62,948 nt of DNA, filler included, from Octopus bimaculoides (GCF_001194135.2; 5 parts of 5 records of this genome joined end to end with filler, not necessarily neighbours in it), one strand, 5' to 3'. Positions 24,857 through 38,255 are shown, numbered from the whole stretch's first letter. The notes: a model not told the origin generated them from the letters alone. Made by a program: numbers and translations.

Positions 24857-26294
24857 CTGAAATAAAAATAAGAGAAAAATTTAACATGTTGATGGAATAT
24901 ACAACTTGAAAGTATTTGAGCATTTAAGATTGAAGAATTTAGTGATGACAGTAGCTAGCCCAGAAGTGGACAGTTTGAAAGTAATGGGAGGGATCTATTT
25001 TGATTTTCCTCTTGCTACAACATTGTCTGATTTTCTCAATGAACAAGCTATGCACTACTCCTGTACAAACTTATTTGATGTACCTGCAGTGTTTTATTTC
25101 CCAAATTCTATAATAAAAACTTTTCTCAATCTTTCTACAAATAACTACAATCTTTTGAAAGCTCATCCTTGCTCACATTTTCTTGCAGTAGTCAAATCTG
25201 AACATAAAGTTGGTGTCTGTGAGGGCCTACATAAAGGAAATACAATAATGAAGAAAATTGAAAATAAAATATTTTGAGTATTTCAGAATTGATGTATTGA
25301 GATGAAGTGATGGAGACTGATCTCAAAATGTTGCACTACACAAAGGAGATAATAAATGAAAGAAGTGTTGATTGGTAATATGCAGAGCTGCAGAAGACTC
25401 GACAACTGTGCAAACGTAAACTTGAACATTAAAAATGGTGGTAGTGATGGAGGTTAAGAGGTGTAATATCTATGGCATACTATATCTGCTGTCAAGTCCA
25501 CATCTTTCATGTCACTGATACCCTCTCATCTCCTTATCATACATCTCCCTCTGTACTGCATACTGCCCATGTAAGGATGGATGGTTTGGTACCTATATAT
25601 AAGGGACTGTATCAGATCTATTTGAACTAAGCATCTCCTACAACCACCCTTTCTGTAACTGACAATAAGTCATTCGTTTTCTTCCAGTTCACTTGTTATC
25701 GTTATACATCACTTAATCCTACCATTGTCTACTTTTCTCTCTCTCTCTCCTCCTCATCCCAATCGCACTATCTCTACCATCACTCTTTTATTCTCCATCA
25801 GGGCATTAACAAAATGTTGTTGCCATACAGGCTGCAAGAGTAAAAAGTCCTCACTCCTCTGAGACGTGTATATTCATAAGAGAGATGATAGAAGAACCAT
25901 TCTGATCCTAAAGCAATGATAAAATGTACCCAGTGCAATCTGCTAATTCTTAACAAACCAGTAAAAACTGATAGCATGGAGAGGACTTTTGGTCTTGATA
26001 AGAACATAAAAATCCCACCTGAGCTATCATGATAAAATGCTCCCAGGACACTCTGTAAAATGATTAGTGATAGGAAAAGCATGCGGTAGCAGAACACAAG
26101 CCAAAATGCAATATGTAGAAGACAAGGTTGAGACAGGTAACTCCTGATAAAATCTTATTGGATCATAACAACCAAAACCCAACTGAAGCCAGCATGGAAA
26201 GTGGATGTAAAATAATAATAATAATGAGGAGAAGGATGGTTTCTCTTGAATAAACTATATTTCATAATCAGATTTCTGATGTAAAAGGTCTTAC

Positions 26295-26731
26295 CGTCAC
26301 ATCCATTTCTGACCATTCATTGTACTCAGCTGTACTGCTTTCTATTGAAGTGCAGATTCCTATTTTAGCATCATCTGTCAGAGAATTCTGTTTCTTCAAA
26401 CCAAAAGCATTCATATATGTGCGTACTTTAGCAATATACTGTAGAACAGTTTGGGTCATTGACTCTGTTTCTTGCAAGACTTCAAGTGCAATATTGTCTA
26501 GTAAAGAATTCTTGAACGCAAGGATGTCATTTAGCACAGAATATAAATGATTTAACATTATACCAAGTAGTTGTTGTGCAAAGAATAAAGATTGTTGTTC
26601 AGCCATGTTGTCTTCAATGCTCTGCAATAGCAGTCGATAAGCTGGTTCTAATGCCTGCAGTTTAGGCAGACAGCTATTTACATTACCATTCTTCTGTTCA
26701 TTCCCATCAGTTTTTTTCTCGTGTGAGAATA
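26295..26731 (-). CDS. spg11: Spatacsin exon (FSHEKK...WSEMDVT)
   Basis: 437 nt open, phase 1 to 0. FAQQLL and LQYIAKVRTYM resemble human FSEQLL and LTSYINELRTFM. Confidence 0.92.
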
Positions 26732-26914
26732 CTGAAAAATATACATTATACACTCATTAAAGAAGACCTTTTAATTAGTAACAAAATCTAAATACTAGCA
26801 GAATATATGTTAAATTTTGGTTATTGTATGAATTGTGTGGTGTAGGCATTTCAGGAAATGTGTGGATTGTGAACTGCTGGGGCAAGTAGTTTACTTTTCT
26901 AATGTATTCTCATC

Positions 26915-27530
26915 ATCATCATTACCACCATTTAATGTCCACTTTCCATGCTGGCATGGGTTGGACGGTTTGACTGAAGACTGGTAAGCCNNNNNNNNNN
27001 NNNNNNNNNNNNNNNNNNNNGGGGGGGGGGGTCGGCTGCACCAGGTTCCAATCTGATTTGATAAAGATTCTATGGCTGGATGCCCTTCCTAATGCCAACC
27101 ACTCTGAGAGTATAGTGAGTGTTTTTGACATGCTACTGGCATGGGTGCCATTGACCTCACACCAGCATTGGCCATAACTGCAGTCTCACTTGGCTTGGCA
27201 GGTCTACACAAGCATGGTTCATTGCCAAAAGTCTTGGTCACCTGTTACTGCCTACAAGAGGCCCAACACTTGAACCGTGCCTTTTACATGCCACTGGCAT
27301 GAGTGCCAGTCAGACGGCACTGGCATTGGCCACGGTTACGATTTCACTTTGGCAGGTCTTCACAATAACAGCATATCGCCGAATGATTGAAGGCTACTTT
27401 TAACAGGCTAGTTACAAGACACTGGCATTGGTCACGACTACGGTCTGGCTTGATGTCATTGCCCCCATAGATAAACCACTTTACAGTTGACAAACAGAAT
27501 AATGTGCCTTCCTTAAGAACACAATGCAAT
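26915..27530 (-). mobile_element. RTE LINE 3' UTR and tail
   Basis: Same subrepeat and tail family as 46413-47168, inverted. Confidence 0.7.
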
Positions 27531-27833
27531 GTTAACTTTGAGTTTCAAGTTAATTTAATTTTTTGGGTAGGAGACACTAAGTGGTTTTCTTCCTTTCTGA
27601 CATTTTGTCTGTCCCTCTTTCTTTCTGAATGTGTATTTATGTAGTTAATAAAGTTATTTGTTTTTTATGAAGAAGCTTTATGAAAAATATAACATTCCTT
27701 TCACATTTCGATTTAAACTTTCAAATAGAAAAACATGTTCTAAAAAACAAAAAAACATTCTCAAGCATATATTTTCCCTATCTTGAACACATACATAATT
27801 GGATAGGACTGACCTAGAAACATCAATACTTAC

Positions 27834-27984
27834 AATTCTGTCTAGTCTGCAGGAATATGGTGACAGTGTCAATCTGTCGATATTTTAAGCCAAGTTCCAG
27901 AGCCCGAAGGGGTAATGAACAACGCCCCCAATGATTCATCTGGCACAGTTCATCAGTGAAACGAGCTCCGCCATAAGTCATAAC
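27834..27984 (-). CDS. spg11: Spatacsin exon (VMTYGGARFTDELCQMNHWGRCSLPLRALELGLKYRQIDTVTIFLQTRQN)
   Basis: Strong similarity to human LMIHGSASTVDTLCHLNGWGRCSIPIHALEAGIENRQLDTV, with canonical splice sites. Confidence 0.95.
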
Positions 27985-29068
27985 CTGAAAAATCAATTCC
28001 AATTTAAATTAAGCATATTTTCCTTACCCTACCCACACAATTAATATAACTATTTTTGAAGATTAACAATTTTTCACCCCCATCACCTCACCAAACCCAA
28101 TCCAGCCTTCAGACCAATTTTGGCTAACGTTTTTTGCACCATGCACTTAAAAACGACAGGAAGAAGCCTTTTTGATAAAAAGAGAAAAATGTTTTGAATA
28201 TATTTTCAAACAAAAAAGTGCGTGATTTAAGGGTAATTTAGCAGTTGTTTCTAGCACATCTCACAACTACTTGGTACCTTTCTCAATTCCCATTGCATGT
28301 AGATCTAGATTAAAAAACAAGAAAAACGTGAGAACTAATCCTTGCTTTAGCATGAAAAGCATAAATTAAAAGTCGTTAAAAACATTCATAATGTACAGCA
28401 AACTCTTTCGTAGGAGAGAAAGGAAAAACACTGAAAACGAATTTGTAAACATTACCATACATAATCCAACTGCAAAATCAGAAAAAAGATCCCCCAAAAA
28501 ACATCACACCAGACTTTAATAGTCTACAAAACAATATTCATTGCACAACATAGTTGTTATTGACAAAATTTGACCAATATTTCTCAAAGAGAAACAAAAT
28601 TTACATCTACAAGAATATCTGCCAGGTAAAATTTGGACAGCGAGAGAGAATAAACAACATTCTCAATGATTCAATGTTAATTTTGCACTCTAGAAGACTT
28701 ATGTAGCTCAATTTAGTGTATATTTTTGCAGGAATATATGTTTATTTCGTAATTAGTTTGTCTTTTTCTTGAAATTCTTGTTCAAACTCAAGATAATTGT
28801 TCACATTCAGAACTTTCAAATGATATATAATTTTCAATGGAAAAATGTATCTTGACATGAAAATGAACAAGCAAAACGTGCTTGTCTCCCTTCTACGGCA
28901 CTGTATAATGATATTTAATCAAAAGTGATACATGCAACACATCAATTCTGTATGAATCACATGAAGCATGAGAGAGCTACAAATAGTACTTCTCAGACAA
29001 TAATAACAAGCATGAAATGCATTTTGATATCCAAGTTTACAATATATACAAATAAATAAACAACAAAC

Positions 29069-29192
29069 CTTATCCACAAATTCCTCTTGGTGAAGCTCAT
29101 CAACTATTGCAAATATTCCAGTTTCTTTTAGGATAAGAGGTGGGTGACATTTTTCCATACCCAGTACAAGGAGACCAGTCTCTTTTTTAAAA
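29069..29192 (-). CDS. spg11: Spatacsin exon (FKKETGLL...LHQEEFVDK)
   Basis: Phase 2 to 0. LILKETGIFAIVDELHQEEF resembles human VLTENGLSLILFGLTQEEF. Confidence 0.9.
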
Positions 29193-29286
29193 CTGAATAT
29201 CAAATGACAATATAATAAGAAGATTATAGAAATATACATACTTAAGCATGCACAGAAAATACATACACACAAATATACACATGCAT

Positions 29287-29319
<33 letters not shown>

Positions 29320-29424
29320 AATACAAATACACTTGCATGCCCACATGGATATACATGAAAAGATATAAAGTGCATTGATAAGAAATTTCTTCTTTTATGT
29401 TCAATGTAAAAAAAAACAACTCAC

Positions 29425-29971
29425 CGTTTTAATTTGACATTGCCAGTTGTAAAGTCACACAGCCATAAAATTGATAGATCTATGTTGTCTCTCTTGGAGA
29501 ACAGCACTTTTGCTGATGTTGTTGACAAAGCAATTTCTTTGACACTATGTTGTTCTAGGAATTCTGGAAGTTGTACTACTTTAATTTTTTCATCCAGAGT
29601 TGCTGATGAAAGACATTTTTTCAATCCAGATACTCTTCTTTTAACAACTTTTCCAAGACATGATACATTAGAAAACTGGCCTCTTTGGATCACTGGCAAA
29701 CAATAACCATATTTATGAATGCGTATCCACTTTTTGTATTCTCTGTCTTGTGAAAGGTTATTGGATGGAAAAAAGAATTTGCAGTCTGCTGGACATAAAG
29801 TGTATAAATCCTTCAAAGAGAGGCAGATAGCAGAGTTTATTTCAGTGATAAGGAAGAGATGTGCAACATCATTTGACATACACCAAAACCGGGGCATACT
29901 GCTACAGAGGTGAACAACAGAGCAAAGATCAACCTGAAGGTAACATACTCCATCACTGCTATCATATAGAT
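29425..29971 (-). CDS. spg11: Spatacsin large exon (LYDSSDGVCYLQVDL...TGNVKLK)
   Basis: 547 nt open, CAG acceptor, CG|GTGAGT donor. CMSNDVAHLFLITEINSAICLSL resembles human KVSQDLDVAVIVSSSNSAVALNL. Confidence 0.9.
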
Positions 29972-31137
29972 CTGGATAAAATTCAGTTAAGGACTACAAG
30001 GAAAAATTTTCCTGTGTTGTAAAACAAAAAAAAATTTTTAACAAGCTGCTTTTTTTCTTACTTGTTTCAGTGATTTGACTGCAGCCATTTTTTTTTTTTT
30101 TTTCAGTACCAAAACATATTTATGCTGAAGGAGTCGACTAACTAGTTCAACTTGATATTTTTGAAGCACGTGACATAATGGTAAATTGTATTTTGTTTTG
30201 CTGTGTCATTACATATATTGTTGAAGTTTATTATTTTGTAACAGAAATTTGGCTTTTAATCTCAACTTAAGCTTACAAACTTGTATACTTAAAATTTTGT
30301 TCCTTTCTCTCTCTACTTATCAATCATCCCACCCAGTTCTCCATTTTACACAGGCTTGCTCAAACATACATCTGCCACTTGAATTTTGACTTTTGTTGAA
30401 AGATATGGAAGTTGACTTAAACGTGAGCTGTGTATGTTGGTTTTTACTTCCAATCTTTTCACCTGCCCACTTCACCATTAACTACTGGAAATCTCTCCTA
30501 GTAACTAAGAGACCATCAGCCTTCCTTTGAGACAGTCATTGTTGACTTAATACTTACATACACATCATATACCTTGGACTGCTAACACCTACTAGCTGAG
30601 GCTGTACACACAGTAGTGGTAATGAGTGCAGTTATGGTAATAACTGGTAAAGCTTTGGGATGTAAGTTAATGATAGCAAATCAAATGAAAGAAGGACTAA
30701 TATAACTATGTGCGCAAATTTTGAAACTGTTGGCAATCTACACAGACGTCTTTCTTTTTTAATGGTGCAGAACTGAAACAGCAACTAATAAAATTACTAC
30801 CTGAAATTCTCCTCTTCCTGTCACCATATGACTGAAAACCACCACTTAGCTGTTATTTCTACATTTCTGAACTTCCTTGCATAGATTACTTCATTCAACT
30901 AAATTCTACATTTTGATTATGTTTCATCAACAACCAATAAATAAAATATATTTTTATGTAGTAAATATATAGTTCTTAAATTTATTCTTCTTCTTTGTAA
31001 GAATTCTTCTAATAATATGCATGCAGCCATTTCAATACTTGATACTGAACGTATATTCTACACTACACCTTCCTATGCCAGTGCCATGGTAAGAGCCCCC
31101 CCCNNNNNNNNNNACTGATAAGGTAAGCAAGTAAAAA

Positions 31138-31367
31138 TTAAACCTTTCATTACCAACCCAGCTGAAACCGGCTCTGGCTCTATAGTACAAATGTCTTGCT
31201 TTCATAAGTTTTGAATTAAAATCTTCCACCAAACCTTAGTCACAATTTATGTTCCTAACACTAGTTTAATGATAACTAAGTTATTTTACTAAGTTCTTTG
31301 TTATATTTAAAATTAATTGAAAGAAACAGAGAGCATCTCAAAATAGATACAGTAATGAAAGGGTTAA
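31138..31367. mobile_element. piggyBac-type MITE
   Basis: TTAA at both ends; TIRs ACCTTTCATTAC and GTAATGAAAGGG. Confidence 0.7.
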
Positions 31368-31455
31368 GATTGAGAATTCCCTTTAGTCCTGCACATAGCC
31401 ACAAGACAACCTCTCTAGTGTTGTTGCCACAATAAAAACAATGCATGCAGTATAC

Positions 31456-31626
31456 ACTGTAAAGGGGTTGGCAAACAAACAAAGAAAACATTAAGAGAAC
31501 TCTTTAGTGTTGTGTTTTCAAAGATGTATGACAACTTTTCTAGTCCTGGTGTTAATTTTATTACTCTATAGGAGAATATAAGTTCAAATTGAATGTGGCA
31601 ACATTCAAATACCAAACAATGAGTAA
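31456..31626 (-). CDS. spg11: Spatacsin probable exon (THCLVFECCH...VFFVCLPTPLQ)
   Basis: Strong poly-T CAG acceptor and 171 nt open in phase 1/1. Length and pattern fit human NKCVIL...GILFVL. The donor is weak, and a two-small-exon alternative exists. Confidence 0.5.
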
Positions 31627-31831
31627 CTGAATTAGGAAAAAAAAAAGTGAAATTATACAATATAGTATTTTAATGTCTGAACTGTTTCCACTGACTTTTG
31701 AAGTAAAATACTGACTAATGCAGTGATTAATTGATTGAATACAAAGCAATGGCATAGAAATATCAATTATAAAATAAGCATAAACTTCAGATTTAAAACA
31801 ACTCGAAAAATATTTACTTTGAAAAGGATAC

Positions 31832-31965
31832 AAAGTGTGTGTTGTGGCCAGTTTAGAACAGATATAGTTGACTCATAAAGTTGAACTGATGGCACAATAT
31901 GATCCTCTTCAAATTGGTCTGACAATACAATAGTGTACTGACAGCAGGGTTTCTGTGATGCTTCA
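31832..31965 (-). CDS. spg11: Spatacsin exon (EASQKPCCQY...LNWPQHTL)
   Basis: CAG acceptor in phase 2. ISVLNWPQHTL resembles human LRILSFHNNTS. The donor is either T|GTATCC (31832) or AAA|GTAAAT (31818) and is unresolved. Confidence 0.65.
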
Positions 31966-32317
31966 CTGGTAAAATACACACAAGCTATGGTAAGGGTAGT
32001 AGTAGTAGCGATGGCATCAGAACTAGCTTGGCAATTAGTTGGCCTTTTCTTGGTAAGTAAAATAACTGAAGAGTGTGCATAACCAAGTAAATAAGGTGCA
32101 GTAGATTTAAAGAGTTCAAGACCTGTTTAAAAAGTAACAACATACAAAAGTTAATGTAGATTTAAGATGCCAAGCCATAAAATAATTTAGAATGACAATC
32201 AATAAAATGAGAAACAAGTTGAAGGAGACTTTCTAGAATGTTTTACAGATGCTTTTCATTAGCTTGATGATTGTGTAAATTCAAATATTAGTGAAATTGT
32301 TGGCAGTGTCTTCTTAC

Positions 32318-32366
32318 GAACTATTGAATATGAAGTGGAAGTCATGGCTATATATAGCCAGATAAT
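32318..32366 (-). CDS. spg11: Spatacsin 49-nt exon (YLAIYSHDFHFIFNS)
   Basis: CAG acceptor and GTAAGA donor. Phase 1 to 2 bridges both neighbours. Resembles human ENYELLIYEF. Confidence 0.6.
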
Positions 32367-32469
32367 CTGATATAAGACATAATGGAAGCGCTTATTCAGT
32401 GGCAAAAAACCACACCACTCAGAGGCATTCTACAATAGTAAGTCAGTGCCAATAAGTGAGAACACTTAC

Positions 32470-32621
32470 CTTCTTTACATAGCACCAGAGCCAATACAGA
32501 TTCCTCACAAGTAAAAAGATATCTCAGATCATCCTCCAAGGAAAAAGCTGACAATTTACCATCTATGTGGTGCATACACAATGTAGTCTCATGATGTTCA
32601 TTGCTGTCATAATGAATTGAG
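32470..32621 (-). CDS. spg11: Spatacsin exon (SIHYDSNEHH...LALVLCKE)
   Basis: (CT)n-TAG acceptor, G|GTAAG donor, 152 nt open, phase 2 to 1. Confidence 0.8.
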
Positions 32622-32719
32622 CTAGAGAGAGAGAGAGAGACAGAGAAAGAATTAGTGATATTTTAAGTTTATTAGTAAACATAATTTACAACCTTAAGTA
32701 GTTTAAAAATAAAAAGTAC

Positions 32720-32790
32720 CAGTTTGTTGCCGGTAGCTTTTCCTGACAAGAGAAATTGAATTCATTTCTGAAAACCAACAAAATGCTCAT
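32720..32790 (-). CDS. spg11: Spatacsin candidate first coding exon (MSILLVFRNEFNFSCQEKLPATN)
   Basis: ATG at 32790. The phase-2 donor TG|GTACTT matches the phase of the next exon. The exon could instead extend to an AG acceptor near 32832, so the start codon is uncertain. Confidence 0.5.
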
Positions 32791-33789
32791 TAGCCTTGTT
32801 GCTGTTGTATTAGTAAGAGCAAGGTGGATAACATGAGTATGGCTATAACATATAGAACAGGGAGAAATAGATGTGAGTTGTGCATAGAAGATATGTGCCA
32901 ATTACTTAACAGTAGACTAGAACAGGCCTTGAGATGTTTATACCTGCATGGAAAAACCTTTAAGCATTTTCATGAAGGAGGTCAGGTAGGATGACATCCT
33001 ATACACAAAGGGGTGCTGAATGAGAGAGGTATATATTGGGATATTATCTGGCCTAACTTTCAACTAAATATCATTGTTATCACTAGCTTGAAATATCTTG
33101 TGGGTTTTTCACAGCAACACATACATGTATGGAAACTGAATAACCTAAAAGTGCACCATCATAAAAATATATTGATAAAACCCCATCAATGTAACTTAGT
33201 TTAATTCTATTCAATCTCCTTTTATCCAGAGAAAAAAAAACAAAAAACATTCAGCTATACTTAAGCCTAATTTCATATATACATTAAACTCCCAATTTCC
33301 ACTCTGGTACTGGTGTTGAGGTTGTCCTAAGAATGAAACTTTATAGCCATATTGGATTTCAACATATCCTCCATCACTTCCTTTTGTGTCTTAAACTAGC
33401 CACAAACAGATAAGTCAACTCCGTTTTGAACCATGCTTGCTGATGGACCCTAAATGGGAACATTATGCTGGGTTGCATGTACAACTTCACATACTCTGTG
33501 CAGTGGAATCCTGCCCAAGGGCTAAAAACCTATGGCCACTAACAACATGCTGTATGAAAAAAAAAACAAAAAAAAACGAGCAAAACAGATTTTATTTAAT
33601 GAGATATGCTGAACATGGAATGAAATATATTTATTTATAAACTTTAAACTGAACTTCATTTGTTTAAATTCTACGGAAACAAGCAAAGGTGGACGAGTGA
33701 TAGATAGATATATAGAGATAGATAGATAGATAGATAGATGGATGGATGGAGAGAGAGAGAGAGAGAGAGATAGAGAGAGAGAGATAGAG

Positions 33790-33824
<35 letters not shown>

Positions 33825-34783
33825 TAAGCAGACAGACAGACAGACAGATAGATAGATCACTTCTAACAGCTAATACCATGACAGTGNNNNNNNNNNNNNN
33901 NNNNNNNNNNNNNNNNNNNNNNNNNNNNNNTTAATTAATTAANNNNNNNNNNNNNNNNNNNNNNNNNNNNNNNNNNNNNNNNNNNNTATATATATACGTA
34001 TGTATTATGTACACTGAAAGAAAAGCTGCTCTCGGCGAAACTTGGAAATCACAGTTACTTTTTTCTCTTCAATAAATGTCAAGACACTACTTTAAGTCAT
34101 TTGCACAGTTAACGTTTGATAATGTTTTTGTTATTTTTTTTCTTTTTGTATTATTTACCATGTATAACGATTAATTCATAATGTGTACTTCTCTATATGT
34201 ATATCTACCATTGATAATATATATATATATATTTGTGTGTGTGTCTATATGTTATCAATGGTAGATATATGAATTAATGTTTATGTGCGTTTAGTGTGTG
34301 TGTGTGAGTATGTATGTATGTATGTGTATTTATTAGAAATGACACGGAAATATATTTATATATATTCATTTTTCCATATGTCAAGCAGTAAGTGGTAAAA
34401 AATAGAAAAAAAATTGGTACAAACCAAACAGTATTGAAAATATTTTATCATCTATTTGTTATTATGTGACTTCTGGCATATATACAAATATAGTCTTGTG
34501 AGGATATGTGTGTATATTCATATAATACATACATATAAATACCTGCATGTACTAATATGCCTGTGAGTGTATATATATATGTATGTATATAAATGTGTGT
34601 GTGTGTGTGTGTGTGTAAGAAAGCCTGATACATAAGTACGGATCACCTCTCGCGTGTGCATCGTGTTTATATCTTTGTGTGAAAGTAAGATTGCTTGTCG
34701 ACGTTTATTAAGGTGATATCTTTATATACCCTGCATGTGCTTACGTACCTGTGTGTGTATTATGTATATGTGTGTGTGTGTGT

Positions 34784-34831
<48 letters not shown>

Positions 34832-35035
34832 NNNNNNNNNNNNNNNNNNNNNNNNNNNNNNNNNNNNNNNNNNNNNNNNNNNNNNNNNNNNNNNNNNNNN
34901 NNNNNNNNNNNNNNNNNNNNNNNNNNNNNNNNNNNNNNNNNNNNNNNNNNNNNNNNNNNNNNNNNNNNNNNNNNNNNNNNNNNNNNNNNNNNNNNNNNNN
35001 NNNNNNNNNNNNNNNNNNNNNNNNNNNNNNNNNNN

Positions 35036-35107
<72 letters not shown>

Positions 35108-35714
35108 GGGTATACGCTCTTGCGCCTGTATATGCGTTTACCTGTATTGAAATGTCGCTACTTTCATCATGTATGTCTACATCTTTATTCATTTATTTAT
35201 ATATTCATATATACATGTCTGCGTGTGTGCGTTCAAATACGTGTGTGTGTGTGTGTGTATGGATGCATTTTTATTCGCTTGTATTAATGAAAGGCATACA
35301 AATACAGACTCAATTATATGTGCATATACAGAGAGCAAAAAAATAGACAGAGACGAATTAAGTGTTTTCTTTTTCGTTTAGTTCCATTTTACAATGAATG
35401 CCGTAAAATCTTTCTAGTTTGCATTTAATACAACCTATATAATAGATGTATTTATTGAAGTTATAAGCTGTCAATGTGGAAAGTTTTATGCTCTCCGTAT
35501 TTGAGTTAAATTGTTGTTGATAGCCTGCCAGCATTTTGTATTTAAATAATCTGCAGAAAAATTTCCTTAATATACGTGTGTGAGTGTGTGTGTATGTGTG
35601 TGTATGGATATATGTATCCATTTGTGTGTGTATAGGTATATGAGCATATATATATTTTGAGCAAACCGATCCCGGAAGTATGGAAGTGTATATATGTCCA
35701 CATAACATATTACA

Positions 35715-36082
35715 GGGGTCGGAGTGGCTGCGCGGTAAGAACTTTGCTTCCCAACCACGCGGTTTCTGGTTCGGTCCCAGTGCCTGGCACCCTGAGCAAG
35801 TATCTTCTACTCTAGCTTCGGTCCGACCAAAACTTTGTGAGTGGATTTGGTGAGCGGAAACTGAAAGAAGCCCGTTGTATATACGCGCGCGCGTTTTGTA
35901 TGTGTGTTTGTACCCTGCGTCGCTTGACAACAGGTATTGGTGTGTTTACGTCCCCGTAATCTACAGTTCGACAAAAGGGACCGATAGATTACCAAGGTTT
36001 TTAAAAGAAAGTACTGCGATCGATTCGTTCGATAAAAAAAAATTCTTGAAAGCTTTGCCCCAGCATGGCCGCACTTCTGTGA
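35715..36082 (+). mobile_element. tRNA-head SINE with central microsatellite (family B)
   Basis: GGAGTGGCTG..GGTAAG head, GAAACTGAAAGAAGCCCG, CAGCATGGCCGCA tail. Confidence 0.8.
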
Positions 36083-37251
36083 AAAAAGAAAGAGATTGAG
36101 TGAGCGAGAGAGAGAGAGAGAGAATTACTACATGCTGTAGAAAACGCTTTGAGTTCCCTTCGTTTGAGTTCTCTTCTGTCGGCAAGCCCTGAAAAAGGAA
36201 CATCACGTAAGATTTTGTATTCTAAAGTTTTAGGGAGAGTTGCTAAGTATATGTTAAACTGCATATGTTTCCACATTTTCCAGTTATTTATTTATTACAA
36301 ATGTGTTACTTTCGTTAAATCATACATGCGTGGAAATACACACATATATGTACACACATATTATGCACAGACATATACAGTAATCCCTAGACTATCGCGG
36401 ACGTTACGTTTTAAAATATTTCCATAGAAATAAATAAAATCTAAAAAACAGTATAAATGCCTATCGGCCGCAGAGACCCGGATGTATTGAGGAGTCCGCG
36501 ATGTCTTGCAAGCAACCTGCACATGCAAGTGCTACCAGTCGAGAACTCTGCATACCGGAAGCCAGCAAGTGTATGGGGTCATCAGGAGAGAATGCGCACC
36601 GTTTCGGGGCCTACCTCTCGACGGCATCAATGCGCACCGGCCCCACTCACTGATATGAGGCCCCGCTTGCTAGATCAACTGGTTATTAAATAAAGCTCAA
36701 TATTTCTCGAGCCATCGCGTTTCGTCTCTTTTTAAGAAATATGTACACGTTGTTATGTAGAGATAGATAAATACATAGAGAGAGAGAGAGATAGANNNNN
36801 NNNNNNNNNNNNNNNNNNNNNNNNNNNNNNNNNNNNNNNNNNNNNNNNNNNNNNNNNNNNNNNNNNNNNNNNNNNNNNNNNNNNNNNNNNNNNNNNNNNN
36901 NNNNNNNNNNNNNNNNNNNNNNNNNNNNNNNNNNNNNNNNNNNNNNNNNNNNNNNNNNNNNNNNNNNNNNNNNNNNNNNNNNNNNNNNNNNNNNNNNNNN
37001 NNNNNNNNNNNNNNNNNNNNNNNNNNNNNNNNNNATATATATATACTATATATATATACTATATATATGTGTGTTTATACATATATGTATATATACATAT
37101 GTATATATATATGTATGCATATATATGTATATATATATGTATATATATGTGTATAAATATATATGTATATATATATGTATATTTTTATATGTGTATATAT
37201 ATATATATATGTGTGTATATATATGTATATATATGTATATATTTGTATATA

Positions 37252-37282
<31 letters not shown>

Positions 37283-37289
37283 GAATATG

Positions 37290-37365
<76 letters not shown>

Positions 37366-37839
37366 ATGCGTAGAAAAGAAATACATTAAATTATTTCAAT
37401 ATGATCATACTGAATAGCTGATCGTTTCATTCAAAGGAATAACTTTTGATTTGTCGATATTCAATATAACTATTCATTTTGTATCAATATAGTTTATTGA
37501 ATTTCTTAGTATTTATATTTTATTTTCTTGAAGAATGTGCCAATGTGTTTGATATTTCCCATTTTCAATAATTTGTACACAATAATGAGTTCATTTTTGA
37601 AACATTCTCGGCACGCACAAAAAAAGAAATCTACCGATTCATCAAGTCGAAATTTACTTCGCTACTTTACTTAAGATATAATTTCATTCGGCTTTCAGTA
37701 AATCCCATTGAAATATCTTGTTTGGATTAGTTTGCAGTAAGTTTGTTATAACTTTCCGGTGGTCGCTATTGTTTTTGTTTCACTTGAAACAATAACTAAG
37801 TAAGTATATTGTTTCGGGAAAATAGTACGATATACTTAC

Positions 37840-37921
37840 ATGTGCTTCTTTACCGATGAAAATCTGCTTTCAAACAAGCGAACTTCTGCTTGATTCAGAT
37901 CAAACCAGTATCTAACGATGC
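37840..37921 (-). CDS. Candidate orphan exon (IVRYWFDLNQAEVRLFESRFSSVKKH)
   Basis: CAG acceptor, GTAAGT donor, only one open frame (phase 1 to 2). No homology recognised. Confidence 0.3.
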
Positions 37922-38098
37922 CTGATATTATCAGCAAACAGCCAACTGTAAACCATAACCAAAAGTTAACAACTTCGTACGCTAAATTACTGATTCAGAA
38001 AGAGAGGTTTACGTCTGTCTTTCCTATCATTAATAATGTGTTAACAACAGTGAATAATATCACATTGGTAAAATATATATTAAAATTAGATTAATGAG

Positions 38099-38255
38099 CA
38101 AGGCGGCGAATTGGTAGAATCGTAACCCTTTATATTCTTGAGTTCAAATTCCACCGAGATCGGTTTTTGCCTTTCATCCTCTTGGGATCGAAAGAACAAG
38201 TACCAGCTGAACACCCCGAAATTACCAGCCTTGTGCCGAAATTTGAAAGCAAAAT
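38099..38255 (+). mobile_element. Deu/Nin-core SINE (family C)
   Basis: GGCGGCGAATTGGTAGAATCG head and GCCTTTCATCC...GTACCAG core. Confidence 0.7.

Noticed and set aside
24906-25277. 123-aa plus-strand ORF
   Set aside because: Non-ATG start, no homology recognised, and intronic antisense position.
30250-30950. Several splice-like signals between spg11 exons
   Set aside because: No frame gives convincing similarity, and the chain closes without them.
36377-36747. pogo-like terminus plus a GC-rich, solo-LTR-like segment (TGTA...TACA with AATAAA)
   Set aside because: No TSD or second terminus was found, so it could not be classified with confidence.
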